This document shows positions 6,732 to 16,574 of a stretch of DNA of 42,650 nucleotides, piece by piece (positions within the stretch are counted from its first letter, which is position 1; each line of letters begins with the position of its first letter). The notes beneath the pieces were generated by a model. It had not been told where the DNA came from. It saw only the letters and a list, made by a program, of their open reading frames with translations, and did not search any database. The DNA is from Planctomycetota bacterium (lineage in GTDB: Bacteria > Planctomycetota > SZUA-567 > H5-PLA8), in contig JBBRPR010000068.1 in the NCBI GenBank assembly GCA_038227875.1, positions 1 to 42,650 of the forward strand, read 5' to 3'. A program made the position numbers and the translations under genes.

Positions 6732-8720
6732 TCACTTTTCTGTCGGCACCACAATGCCGCGCATGATCAGGTTTTGGCAGAAGATGAAGACCAGCAGCGT
6801 CGGCACGGCTGCGATCACCAGCGCAGCGAAGACCACAGCGGGATGAACCTGGCTCTGCAGCTGGTACAGCCACACCATCAGTGTCCACATGCGCTGATCG
6901 GGAATGATAATCAGCGCGACCATGAACGCGCTGTACGCGCCGTTGAAGGCGTCGAGCGCGGTGACGGCGAGAATTGGCTTCGACAGCGCCATCGTGAATG
7001 TCCAGAATTTCGTCCATTCACTTGCTCCATCAATCTCGGCGGCTTCGTACAGTTCCTGTGGAAGGCTGTCGAAAAATCCTTTCAGCAGGAAAATGGAGAA
7101 GCCGTTGGCCATGCTCGGGAGCACCAGCGCGGCGAACGTGTTGAGCAGGCTGACGTGAATGTCGCCGACGAGCACCGGCACAATCCATAATCCGGCCACC
7201 ATCGCGACGCCTAGTGAGATCAGTGCGCGAATCGTATCCTGCATCTGGGCCTTCACTTTTCCCAGGATGATCCAGGCGATCACAAAGGCGATTGTGCCAC
7301 CCACGAGTGCGGCGACGGGAAAACTGCGCTTCAGCAAAAAGCCGGGGATCATCGTCACTTCGCCGGGGAAAGCCATCGTCGCCATGCAGAACAACAACAC
7401 GGAGTAGGTGCTCGGTGGTTTAAAGCGGCTGAGGCTGTATGCGGCAAGCGGGTTGACGATCAGCGACGTCAGGATCGCCAGCGCGCAGTAGATAAACGTG
7501 TTCCAGACACCATCGCCATGCATGACGACGTACTCCAGAACGTGCTTGTAATTCCGCGTCGAGAATTCCCAGCGCAGGTCCTTGTGGTTGACCTGCGTGT
7601 CGTGATAGTCGGCTTCGTACGTGGGCAACGGAATTGGCGGAACTTTGTCGAGCGCGATGCCACGCTTGGCGGAGACGAATTCTTCGAAGGCCTGGCGCGA
7701 TCCATAGACCTCCAGCGCCCCAGTGGGGCATTGGTCACTGCGCAGAAAGCCTTCCCAATCGACTTGCGAGAGCCTGTCGCCCGGGGCGATGTGGGGGAAG
7801 GGGAGGTCATTGAAACTGGCGTAACTGGTTTTGAATTTGGCGTTGAACTGCGCGATGTTTTCATAGCGCGACGAAATGAACGTGCGGTATGTGGCTGCTT
7901 GCGATTCGTCGATGCGAATGGCATCGAGCGAAAGCTGCTCTCGGACGAACTTATCCCAGTCCTCCCGTGTCAGTCCCGACGCGGGTGCACGGCGCGTCAG
8001 CAGAATTTCGTTGTAGCTGCCATATGCGGAACCGTGTTTCTTGTTGTACTCTCCAATGTTCTCCGTGTAGGTGGGCATCAAAAAACTTTTGGTGAAGCGA
8101 CCGTCAAAATTGATGATGGCCCGGTCTTCAATCGGACGTGTCTGCGCGAAAGTCAGGAACGCCTGAACCAGAGGATTGTCCTGATTCGAAAAGCGGAACG
8201 GGTTGGGCATCGGCGGCGGGCGGACGTCGTTCCATGATTTCACCGGCAGCTTCATTTCTGTCGCGAACGCGTCGAGATTGCCCTTGTACTTTTCCTGCAT
8301 GTACGCGCGAAAGATACGTGCATTGGCCTGCAGGAACTGACCGGTGTTTGTATGCCCCAGCCACCACCAGTGGCAATCCTTGCGCCATTCCAGGAAGTCG
8401 TCGAGGTACTCGGACTGTTTTGTCGGCGCGGGAATCTTGTCCCAGATGCCGACGCGTTGTCCCCACTGAATTTCCGCCTGATCCAGCGAACCGTTGTACT
8501 TGGACTCCGCGTACTTCTGAAACAGCGGCAGTTCCTCAAACCAGTATGGTGGATAGGCGGTCATGTCGTTGCAGTCGGCGGCGCTCTTGACCGAACCGGT
8601 GAGCATCAGGATCAGGGGGTAAATCATCGACGCCGCGCCGATCAACAGCACGACAAAGAGCGTGCCATAGACGGCGCGCACCCGTATGCTCTTGGATCCG
8701 ACGTGACTGATGATCGGCAT
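6732..8720 (-). CDS. Carbohydrate ABC transporter permease (MalG-type) with a large periplasmic insertion
   Basis: EAA motif LPQELYEAAEIDGASEW, AAYSLSRF and multiple TM helices; start at MPIISH after a GAGG RBS. Confidence 0.9.
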   Translation of the reverse strand: MPIISHVGSKSIRVRAVYGTLFVVLLIGAASMIYPLILMLTGSVKSAADCNDMTAYPPYWFEELPLFQKYAESKYNGSLDQAEIQWGQRVGIWDKIPAPTKQSEYLDDFLEWRKDCHWWWLGHTNTGQFLQANARIFRAYMQEKYKGNLDAFATEMKLPVKSWNDVRPPPMPNPFRFSNQDNPLVQAFLTFAQTRPIEDRAIINFDGRFTKSFLMPTYTENIGEYNKKHGSAYGSYNEILLTRRAPASGLTREDWDKFVREQLSLDAIRIDESQAATYRTFISSRYENIAQFNAKFKTSYASFNDLPFPHIAPGDRLSQVDWEGFLRSDQCPTGALEVYGSRQAFEEFVSAKRGIALDKVPPIPLPTYEADYHDTQVNHKDLRWEFSTRNYKHVLEYVVMHGDGVWNTFIYCALAILTSLIVNPLAAYSLSRFKPPSTYSVLLFCMATMAFPGEVTMIPGFLLKRSFPVAALVGGTIAFVIAWIILGKVKAQMQDTIRALISLGVAMVAGLWIVPVLVGDIHVSLLNTFAALVLPSMANGFSIFLLKGFFDSLPQELYEAAEIDGASEWTKFWTFTMALSKPILAVTALDAFNGAYSAFMVALIIIPDQRMWTLMVWLYQLQSQVHPAVVFAALVIAAVPTLLVFIFCQNLIMRGIVVPTEK

Positions 8721-8728
8721 GAAATCCT

Positions 8729-11341
8729 CTAGACCTTTTCCGTCGACTTGAATTCCATGTTGCGCAATCGCTTCAACTGGATCACGGTGAATCCGATTAA
8801 CATCGACCCCAGGATCCACGCCATCGCCGTCGCCGGCCCGAAGCGCAAGTATGCGAACGACTCCCAATAGATGTGAAGGCCCACGACTTCCGTCTGCCCG
8901 TTGGGCGTGTACGGTCCGCCGCCGGTCATAACGAGAATATTCTGCCCGCCGCTTTTCATCCCGCCGATCAACGCGCCGATGAAATTGATCGTGATTAACG
9001 CCCGGATACTCGGCAGTGCCACGTAGAAAATCTTTTTTGTCACGCCGGCGCCATCAATGTCGGCGGCTTCGTAAATCTCTTCGGGAATCGTCTTCAGCGC
9101 GGCGAGGTAGATTAGGCAACCCGGACCCATCCCGGCCCAGATCGTCGGCAACAGGCAACAGATCAGCGCCGCCTGGGGCGACGTCAGCCATGCGGTGTGG
9201 TGCTCGGGAACATGCAAGCCCGGAATGTAGTTGATGACTTTGACGCAGAAGTTGACCAGCTGATTCAACGTGCCTTCAGGCGAATAGAAATTCTTCCACA
9301 GGAACATCACGACAACACCAGAGAGCACCGCGGGCAGGTAGTAGATGGTGCGGAAGAGCGTTTTGCCCTTCGGCACTTCGCTGAGCAAAAATGCCAGGGC
9401 AATGGGCGCGCAGAAGCCGAAGATCATCGACAGGAACGCGTACTGCAGCGAGACCCACATTGCGTACCAGAATTCCTGGTCGAAGAGCACGCTGGCGAAA
9501 TTCTCCAAGCCGACCCAATCACTGAAGCCGCGGACATTATAATTCTGGAAGGCCATTACCGTGCCGCGCGCCAGCGGATAATAATCCCACATGGCGATCG
9601 AGATCATCGCCGGAAACAGGCAGATGTACGCCCATTTGTGCTGCTTGATTTTCCAGCCGCCAGGTGCGGTGACGCCTTTCTGCGCAAACGTTGAGAACAC
9701 ATTCCAGAACGTCAGCGAAAAGATGATCAGAATTCCGACGGCGACCAGCAGCGCGATCGTATGCCGGAACGAACGCACTTCCGGCGGAAGTATGTTGAGC
9801 ATCTTCTCGTTGCCGTATGCGACGCGCGCTTTCAGAATCTCGCGGATCGCGTTTTTCGCCGCGACGGCATCACCGCGCTCGATCGCTTCGGTGATGGTGC
9901 TGTCGGTGCGGATCTGGTCGATTGCCTTCGATGCGTATTTGTATACCTGCTGCGTGTTTTCGCCGTACGGCTCGGGCACGCCCAGCGAGACGATCCGGTG
10001 GTACTCTTCTTCCCAGCCTTGCGGAACCTGCGGGACGAATTCCGGATAGCCGGCCGAGCGGAGCAGAGACGGATGCACGAACTGGCCGAGTCCATTCTCG
10101 ACAAACACGCGCGCGCGGATCTGCTGCGCTTCCGGACAATTGTAAAACAGAATGTATTCCCAAGCCGCGTCGCGCTTGACCGGATCGTTTTCCAGGCCCG
10201 CATAGATTCCGGTCATCGACGCATTGAATTCGCCGGCGCTCTGCCCACCCGGTCCCGACGGCGGCGGTCCGAAGCCGTTCGAAGCCGGATCCTTCTTCGA
10301 GAACTGCGTCGATGAGAGGTAATTGTATTCCATGGCAATGCGCAGAGTGGACGTGGATTCATCGCCAAGATAGACGACGCCAGTAAAGTGGCCATACTTG
10401 TTGTCGAACGGTTCCAGAAATAACCGCGCGACGAAATAGTACGCTTCGACGGCGTTTTCAGAATCGAACGCGCAACGCCAGTGACCCTTCTCGTCCTGCT
10501 CCACCAGGCGCCCACCATACGAGTACAGAATATTCAGCGTGCTCCACCCGATTTCACCCAGGTTGAGCGTCAGACCGTACCGGTCCTCTTTCGGGTTGGT
10601 GGTCTTTTTCGCCCAATCGAACATTTCGTCGAGCGTCTTGGGGGCATGGGCTGGCAGACCGGCGTCGTAGAACAAATCCTTGCGGTAAAACAGAGCCATT
10701 ACTTCCGGCGACTGCGGAAAAAACCAGGTGTGCTGATGTTCTTCGACCGGCGCGCCGCCCCAAGCCTTCACGTGCGGACAGTCCTTGCCGTACGGACAGC
10801 GGCGGCGCATCACTTCCCAGCATTGCGGCGTGACACGCTCGCTCAGCGCGGACTCGTAATTCTTGCCCTTTTTCAGCGCCTCCAGATATTCGGGAAACGG
10901 CATCAGGTAGCTGTCTTTGATTTCCACACCCGCGGTCTTCTCAACATACTTGTCGAGGGGGTACAGAAATTTGTTGGCGATGTACGTCGCCGATTGGCGC
11001 AGATTGACGTACATGACTTCCTGCGGAATGTTTCCCGCGATCTGCATCAATGGAACGATGTCCATCGACCGGCCGGGAATTTCCAGGCCCGTCGGTGAGA
11101 TCGGATAAATGTTGGGGAAATGTTTGCGGAACGCCGCCAGAATTTCCAACTGCGCCAATCGTCCCGGATCGGACCCGGCATTGTCGGGTACGCCCCACGC
11201 GCGCAGTACCAGGGGTTGCGTCTGTGTTTGTTCTGGTGCGGTCTCGCCAGCGTTAATCGGGACCTGTGAAGTGGCTCCTACGACTGCAATAATCGTAATA
11301 CACTTTTGTATAAGTCTTTTGTATAGAAACGACTCCACCAT
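8729..11341 (-). CDS. Fusion of carbohydrate solute-binding protein and MalF-type ABC permease
   Basis: Binding-protein motifs LFYRKDLF..AGL and FDSE.AVEA. Permease motifs VGLENF, LFRTIYYLPAV and IYEAADIDGA. Start after an AGGGG RBS. Confidence 0.9.
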   Translation of the reverse strand: MVESFLYKRLIQKCITIIAVVGATSQVPINAGETAPEQTQTQPLVLRAWGVPDNAGSDPGRLAQLEILAAFRKHFPNIYPISPTGLEIPGRSMDIVPLMQIAGNIPQEVMYVNLRQSATYIANKFLYPLDKYVEKTAGVEIKDSYLMPFPEYLEALKKGKNYESALSERVTPQCWEVMRRRCPYGKDCPHVKAWGGAPVEEHQHTWFFPQSPEVMALFYRKDLFYDAGLPAHAPKTLDEMFDWAKKTTNPKEDRYGLTLNLGEIGWSTLNILYSYGGRLVEQDEKGHWRCAFDSENAVEAYYFVARLFLEPFDNKYGHFTGVVYLGDESTSTLRIAMEYNYLSSTQFSKKDPASNGFGPPPSGPGGQSAGEFNASMTGIYAGLENDPVKRDAAWEYILFYNCPEAQQIRARVFVENGLGQFVHPSLLRSAGYPEFVPQVPQGWEEEYHRIVSLGVPEPYGENTQQVYKYASKAIDQIRTDSTITEAIERGDAVAAKNAIREILKARVAYGNEKMLNILPPEVRSFRHTIALLVAVGILIIFSLTFWNVFSTFAQKGVTAPGGWKIKQHKWAYICLFPAMISIAMWDYYPLARGTVMAFQNYNVRGFSDWVGLENFASVLFDQEFWYAMWVSLQYAFLSMIFGFCAPIALAFLLSEVPKGKTLFRTIYYLPAVLSGVVVMFLWKNFYSPEGTLNQLVNFCVKVINYIPGLHVPEHHTAWLTSPQAALICCLLPTIWAGMGPGCLIYLAALKTIPEEIYEAADIDGAGVTKKIFYVALPSIRALITINFIGALIGGMKSGGQNILVMTGGGPYTPNGQTEVVGLHIYWESFAYLRFGPATAMAWILGSMLIGFTVIQLKRLRNMEFKSTEKV

Positions 11342-11469
11342 CAATCCCCTTCGACGACTACTTCTATTCCAGACCGTTAGTGAGGACAACTTTCTAACCG
11401 CGAATTTTCGATTTTCGAGGATCGAATTGAACTTTCGAGAGGGCGGGTGCTGTGGCCATACCAGTTTCT

Positions 11470-11495
11470 CCCTTAGTGACTCGAGTCACTAAGGG
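11470..11495. repeat. 26-bp perfect palindrome overlapping the peptidase stop codon
   Basis: CCCTTAGTGACTCGAGTCACTAAGGG. Confidence 0.85.
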
Positions 11496-13438
11496 GTCGA
11501 TCGTTCCTCTTTCCATTCCAGCAATCCGTGCTTTGCCATGTAGCGGAAATGTTCCGCAAGCAACTCCGATAAATCGCGACCGTGTTCGTAGGCGACACGC
11601 CGCAGAATTTCGGCCACCGTCAATTCGCCGCGCGCCCAGAACATCGCGCACTGCAACGGAGCATTCCAGGTGGGCGACCCAGCCCCGGGCAGTGATCGTT
11701 GCTTCAATCCTTCGTACGAAGGAGTTCCGATGAATTTCTTGCGTGGGCGCAGCTTCGCGATGTCGGAAATCCCGCGCACCGGCTTCAATTCACCCGGTGC
11801 GCAACCCGCGAGCGACTTCAGATGCTGCTGCTCCAATTTCACGCGGTTGCGCGCATGCCCGATCAGGCGATTGAGCTCCATATCTGCATCGTGCTGTTCG
11901 GACTTTGGGATAAGCATCAACGCGGCTCGCAACGTCCGGCTGCAGATCAGCAGGATGTAATCGAGATGGTCGAAGGCTTTGGCGAGTACCTGCGGTTTGT
12001 TTGCTGATTTTTCGCGAAGTTGGACTGCATAAGTGCTGGTGGTCGCATCGATGCGCTTGCCGTACTCCCGCAACGTATGATCGGCCAGAAACAGAATCTC
12101 CTCCGCACCCGCGCTGGCCAGGAAATGCAGGTAGGTCGCCGAGATCACCGCGAAGGCATGGAGTGTCGGCCCGTGAATGGTGTCTAGCGTGTCGGCCGAA
12201 GTGTGCCAGAAGCGATCCTGGCTGTCGACGTACGCGCACGGCACTCCGATATCCGGATCGTTGTAGGCGTTGTCCGTGAGCGCGAAGGCCATGTCGCGGC
12301 GCGTCTTGGCAAACGGCAGCGTTTTATGCAGCCAGGAATCCATCAGCATGCCAATCAACGTATCGATCACTGAAGCCGAAGCATCCGCGCAACGGTGCTG
12401 GCGGAAAATCGCCGTCGCCGATTCCTGGTAGCGTCCGACCGTGTCCCAATTCAGCGCCGCGACGAGGCGCAGCATGATTTCCGGATTTTTCGCCGCGTAG
12501 CCGATCGTGCCGTAGCATTCGTTGGTGAGCACTCCGCGCACGCCGCGTTTCAGAGGTGGCAGCGCCTTGAGTTTGCTCGAGGACTTGATCGCGCGCAGCG
12601 ATTCGAGAATCACCGCACAGCCCGAGGCGTTGTCGTTGGCGCCCTGTTCCATCGCGTGGCCGATCGCCAGGATCTCGTCCTTGCCACTCCCGGGAATGAA
12701 CCCGGAGACAATTGGCAGCGTGCCTTCAAAGTAGCGCGACGCCACTGTCATCTTCAACGTCACGCGCCCGTGCTTCAGCAGCGCATCGAGTTCCGCGCCA
12801 GTGGTCCCGCTGATCGCCATGCCCGGCAGCGGTGTGTCGTCAGCGTGAAACGCCCAGCCTGTCGGATTGTCGGACCATCCGTTGAACCAGAACGTGGCCT
12901 CGGGCAGTAATTCCCGGTTGCGGCAGTAACTGGTCACGACTGCCAGTGCGCCGGCCTTCACCAGGATGGCTTTGAATTCCATCGGATGTGACGGCGTGTA
13001 GACGATCTTGTTCTTCACCGCGCTTAATTTTTTGCGCAGCTCTTTCCTGTCTTCGATCCGCACCACGTCCGCCGTGATTCCCTCGGGAGGCGTCGGACCG
13101 CACCACATGATCGTGTGCGTCGGCCGGTCCTTGCGATCGGCGATGACGCGATTTTTCACGCGCGGCGAAACAATCTCGAGCGTGGCTGATGTACAGTCCC
13201 ACGCCAGCGGCATTTTCCAATCGCCGTACATGGTTTTGCCGTCAGCGGGGAGATGGCAAATCTCGCCTTCAATGCCCCAGTTTTGAATTTTCGAGCGCAC
13301 AATCTCCGCGGTCCTGGCAAACGCCGGATAGGTGAATTGGCGATCGTTCTTCCAGATCGTGCCGACTAGATCGACGAGACTCTTTTCGGAGACGAGTTTG
13401 GCGAAAGCTTTCAAGCGTGCTTGTAAATCGACGGCCAT
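11489..13438 (-). CDS. M28-family metallo-aminopeptidase with PA domain (DUF4910-like)
   Basis: GH...GANDNASG, NECYG and FWHTSADT metal-ligand pattern; start MAVDL after an AGGAG RBS. Confidence 0.82.
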   Translation of the reverse strand: MAVDLQARLKAFAKLVSEKSLVDLVGTIWKNDRQFTYPAFARTAEIVRSKIQNWGIEGEICHLPADGKTMYGDWKMPLAWDCTSATLEIVSPRVKNRVIADRKDRPTHTIMWCGPTPPEGITADVVRIEDRKELRKKLSAVKNKIVYTPSHPMEFKAILVKAGALAVVTSYCRNRELLPEATFWFNGWSDNPTGWAFHADDTPLPGMAISGTTGAELDALLKHGRVTLKMTVASRYFEGTLPIVSGFIPGSGKDEILAIGHAMEQGANDNASGCAVILESLRAIKSSSKLKALPPLKRGVRGVLTNECYGTIGYAAKNPEIMLRLVAALNWDTVGRYQESATAIFRQHRCADASASVIDTLIGMLMDSWLHKTLPFAKTRRDMAFALTDNAYNDPDIGVPCAYVDSQDRFWHTSADTLDTIHGPTLHAFAVISATYLHFLASAGAEEILFLADHTLREYGKRIDATTSTYAVQLREKSANKPQVLAKAFDHLDYILLICSRTLRAALMLIPKSEQHDADMELNRLIGHARNRVKLEQQHLKSLAGCAPGELKPVRGISDIAKLRPRKKFIGTPSYEGLKQRSLPGAGSPTWNAPLQCAMFWARGELTVAEILRRVAYEHGRDLSELLAEHFRYMAKHGLLEWKEERSTP

Positions 13439-13506
13439 GGACTCTCCTGGTGAATTCTTCACCGCCACAATAGGGGAAGTCTGGATTTTTGTGTAGTGAA
13501 AGCGAA

Positions 13507-14883
13507 TCAATCTCGAGTCTGTGCATTTTCTGCGCAAACGTTCACGAAAGATTCCGCCACCGCCGGATTGGACGCCCAGTGCGCGTGAACATAAGAGGCG
13601 AGTACATTTGTAAATGCGCCGCGATAACCCTCTGCTTGCGAGCGCCCCGAGTAGACATCCGTCACCGTATAAGAACACCGCGGATTCTCGACGAGCAACC
13701 GCGGCTCGGAGTAGCGGAACTGCTGCCCTCGAAAGCGGATCTTCGCCGGCCCCAGCACCGTCGGTTCCTGCGTCTCCACGTCGACGTACCCAATCGCTTG
13801 CAGTCGTTCTGACATCACCGTATCGACCGGAATGAGCCCAGCCATTTCGTGCCGTTTTCCATCGAGCGTCAGAATCGCCGCCGCCAGATACATCAGCCCA
13901 CCGCATTCCGCGTAAATGGGCTTTCCGTTCGAAGCGAACGCGCGAACTGCCGAGCGCATCCCCGAATTCTCCGCCAGTTCCGCCGCGTAAACTTCCGGAT
14001 AGCCGCCACCAAAATACAGCCCATCCACATCCGGAAGTTCGGAATCCGTAAGCGGCGAAAAGCGCACCAATGCTGCTCCGAGCCGTTCGAGTCGGCGCAG
14101 ATTGTCCTCATAGTAAAAATGCAACGCCCGGTCGAACGCGATGCCGATCCGGCATCGACGTGGAATCGCAGGCGCCTCTGTCGGGGGAACGGGAAGCGCA
14201 CTCGCCGAGTGCGCAATCGCCAGTACCGCATCGAGATCAAACCACTCGCGGGCCATCTCGCCCCACTGGTGGAGCAATGCATCAGGCACCGTCTCGCGGC
14301 TGGCCGTGACCAACCCGAGATGCCGTTCGGGAAACGCAAGCTCCGCGCGCCGCGGAAATCCGCCAACGATAGGGAAGGGGGCCGTTGCCAGACCGAGCAA
14401 TTCCAGATGCCCCTTGCCGCCGATACCGTTGGCAATTAGCCCCGCGAGTTTCACGTCCGCGTCAAACGTCCGGAACCCGTGCGCCACCGCGGCTATCGAG
14501 CGTGCCATCGCCGACGCATCCAGCGCGAGCAAGACTGGCGCACCAAGCCACTTGGCGATCTGCGCCGTCGAGCCCTCATCGCTGGTCGCCGACGCGCCGT
14601 CGAACAGCCCCATCATTCCTTCAATAATCGCAACATCCGCGCCGCGCGCCCCATGAGCAAACGTCGCCAACACCCCGTCGCGCCCCATCAGCCACGAATC
14701 GAGATTGTGTGAAGCACTCCCCGCCGCGCGCGCATGGTAAGTCGGATCGAGATAATCCGGCCCGCACTTAAACGCGGCCACCTTCAGCCCACGCGCGCGC
14801 AGCGCCACAATCAGCGCCACCACCGACGTGGTCTTGCCCGACCCGCTCGATAAACCACCGATGACGATGCGGGGAATGTTCAC
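13507..14883 (-). CDS. cbiA: Cobyrinate a,c-diamide synthase
   Basis: SGSGKTT, FKCGPDYLDP, IEGMMGLFDG, ERHLGL, GGGYPE, YAECGGLMYL, ASYVHAH. Start is approximate. Confidence 0.93.
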   Translation of the reverse strand: MNIPRIVIGGLSSGSGKTTSVVALIVALRARGLKVAAFKCGPDYLDPTYHARAAGSASHNLDSWLMGRDGVLATFAHGARGADVAIIEGMMGLFDGASATSDEGSTAQIAKWLGAPVLLALDASAMARSIAAVAHGFRTFDADVKLAGLIANGIGGKGHLELLGLATAPFPIVGGFPRRAELAFPERHLGLVTASRETVPDALLHQWGEMAREWFDLDAVLAIAHSASALPVPPTEAPAIPRRCRIGIAFDRALHFYYEDNLRRLERLGAALVRFSPLTDSELPDVDGLYFGGGYPEVYAAELAENSGMRSAVRAFASNGKPIYAECGGLMYLAAAILTLDGKRHEMAGLIPVDTVMSERLQAIGYVDVETQEPTVLGPAKIRFRGQQFRYSEPRLLVENPRCSYTVTDVYSGRSQAEGYRGAFTNVLASYVHAHWASNPAVAESFVNVCAENAQTRD

Positions 14884-14893
14884 GCGCCGCTCG

Positions 14894-15889
14894 TCACTCC
14901 ACTCCCGCAATCAACTTCGCCGCGAACTTGGTCGTCTCGCTTTTTCCCGCCGCGATGTGGATTACCCCGTGGCCGTCTTCGATGGCCTTCGGCAGTCCCG
15001 TGAACGGCTCCAGTGCCAGGACGTACGCGCGACCCCACCACGGCGACTTGAGTTGATTGCAATTTTCGTACAGCCAGCAGTACGGAAACTGTGTGGCGTC
15101 CCAGCTCAGTTCAAAGGCGAGTTTCCAGGTCGGGCTTACGACGCGGAATTTGCCTTCCGTGAAATCGGTGATGAAGACCATCTTGCCCGTGTTGCTTTTG
15201 GGCGCGCCCACTTTCCGCAGATCCACACCGTCCTTGTTCGTCGGCCAGCGCATGCGGATGATCGGATCGTCGCGGTCATCAAAGTAGCTCGTCGCCGGAA
15301 CTTCGATGTAGGTTTTCTCGTCCACGAACGGCGCGCCGAAAATTGGATGCTGCCCCCACATCACCGTCAGGTCCACGCCGCCGAGATTCGTGGCTGTCTC
15401 TTCGAGGTACAGCGTCGGATCGTTCTTCTTCAGCGAGAACGTTTTGGTCAGTTTCCACGGCGTGCGAATGGTGTGGCAGGTCATCGTTACCGAGCAGGAA
15501 TCGTCGTCTTCGTGCGTCGCATTCAGCTCAAACGGCAGACCCCACACTTCGCCGTGAAAGCCAATCTTCGCGCCTTCCTGAGTGACCGGCACCGAGCCAC
15601 TCGGAAAACATTCGTACCAGCCACCGGGGTGGTGATCGAAGATCGGGTGCTGTTCGTAACTGCTGAGCTGAAACGTGCCGAGGGGCCGCAGTCCATTCGG
15701 ATTTTTATACAGCACGTCCAGATCAAGCGGCTTGTATTGAATTTCGGAGATGACCGCGCCGCGCCCGACATTGATGACCACGCGCAGAAATTCATTCTCC
15801 AGCGCAATCACTTCACTGCCGTAAAGCTGATACCCCTTCAGGACTCGAGGACCATGACACTTGGGCGACTGGACGTTCTCGTACTTCAT
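14894..15889 (-). CDS. Galactose-mutarotase-like / aldose 1-epimerase family protein (DUF4432-like)
   Basis: LENEFLRV, GGWYECFP, FHGE, MWGQHP, LALEP. Confidence 0.8.
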   Translation of the reverse strand: MKYENVQSPKCHGPRVLKGYQLYGSEVIALENEFLRVVINVGRGAVISEIQYKPLDLDVLYKNPNGLRPLGTFQLSSYEQHPIFDHHPGGWYECFPSGSVPVTQEGAKIGFHGEVWGLPFELNATHEDDDSCSVTMTCHTIRTPWKLTKTFSLKKNDPTLYLEETATNLGGVDLTVMWGQHPIFGAPFVDEKTYIEVPATSYFDDRDDPIIRMRWPTNKDGVDLRKVGAPKSNTGKMVFITDFTEGKFRVVSPTWKLAFELSWDATQFPYCWLYENCNQLKSPWWGRAYVLALEPFTGLPKAIEDGHGVIHIAAGKSETTKFAAKLIAGVE

Positions 15890-15907
15890 GAAGATCTCCG
15901 GGACGGT

Positions 15908-16026
15908 AGTTTTGAGTGATCAGTTTTGAGTTTTTAGTTATGTTGCCAGCCAGTGACGAATTCAAAACCAAAAACGTATGGCCCGGTTGGCTCTCAATCA
16001 AAACTCAAAACTAACAACTCAAAACT
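15908..16026. repeat. ~27-bp imperfect inverted repeat built from TTTTGAG/CTCAAAA units
   Basis: AGTTTTGAGTGATCAGTTTTGAGTTTT (15908-15934) versus AAAACTCAAAACTAACAACTCAAAACT (16000-16026); 3 mismatches. Confidence 0.85.
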
Positions 16027-16064
16027 CCTTCGTGCCACCCGCGCTCGGATGGACGTTAGTAAAG

Positions 16065-16521
16065 TGCGGGACGTCGGTAAGCCGGCTTCTGTTCAGTAGG
16101 CTTCAATCTGCGTGTTGGACACGCAAACGAAACCTACCGGACGGCCATTTATCTAGGACCACCGTTGCCGGTGGCCTCCAGCGCCCTACCCGCGAATTCA
16201 AACGGCGCGAACCGCGCCTCTCCGCCTATTCGGGCTTGCTCCGGGCTCAGGTTTGCCGTGCCCCCGGCATTGCTGCCGGAGCGGTGGGCTCTTACCCCGC
16301 CGTTTCACCCTTACCACACGCGGCTGATTGCTCAGCGCGCGTGGCGGTTTATTTTCTGTGGCACTGTCTCTGAAGTTCGACGCCCAAACTGCGGCGTCTC
16401 CTCCGATGGGCGTTACCCATGGCCCTGTCCTATGGAGGCCGGACTTTCCTCGGCGGAGGCTGTTGCGGTGGTCCGAAGGCCATCGCACAGGTAGTCCGCC
16501 GCGGCCGTCCGACGCCCCGCA
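16065..16521 (-). ncRNA. rnpB: RNase P RNA (bacterial type A)
   Basis: Minus strand has GAGGAAAGTCCGG, CAGTGCCACAGAAAA, GGGTGAAACGG..GGTAAGAGCCCACC and ACAGAAGCCGGCTTA; P1 pairing GCGGGGCGTCGG/CCGACGTCCCGC. Confidence 0.97.
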
Positions 16522-16574
16522 TGTGAGATGATAGCCGAATGACCGTGGACCCGCAACGTGACAAGGTCGAAGCA

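Noticed and set aside
13439..13906. 156-aa N-terminal extension of the M28 peptidase ORF
   Set aside because: It overlaps cbiA in another frame; a good RBS supports the start at 13438.
15978..16531. Several ORFs overlapping 16065-16521
   Set aside because: They overlap the RNase P RNA gene and are spurious.
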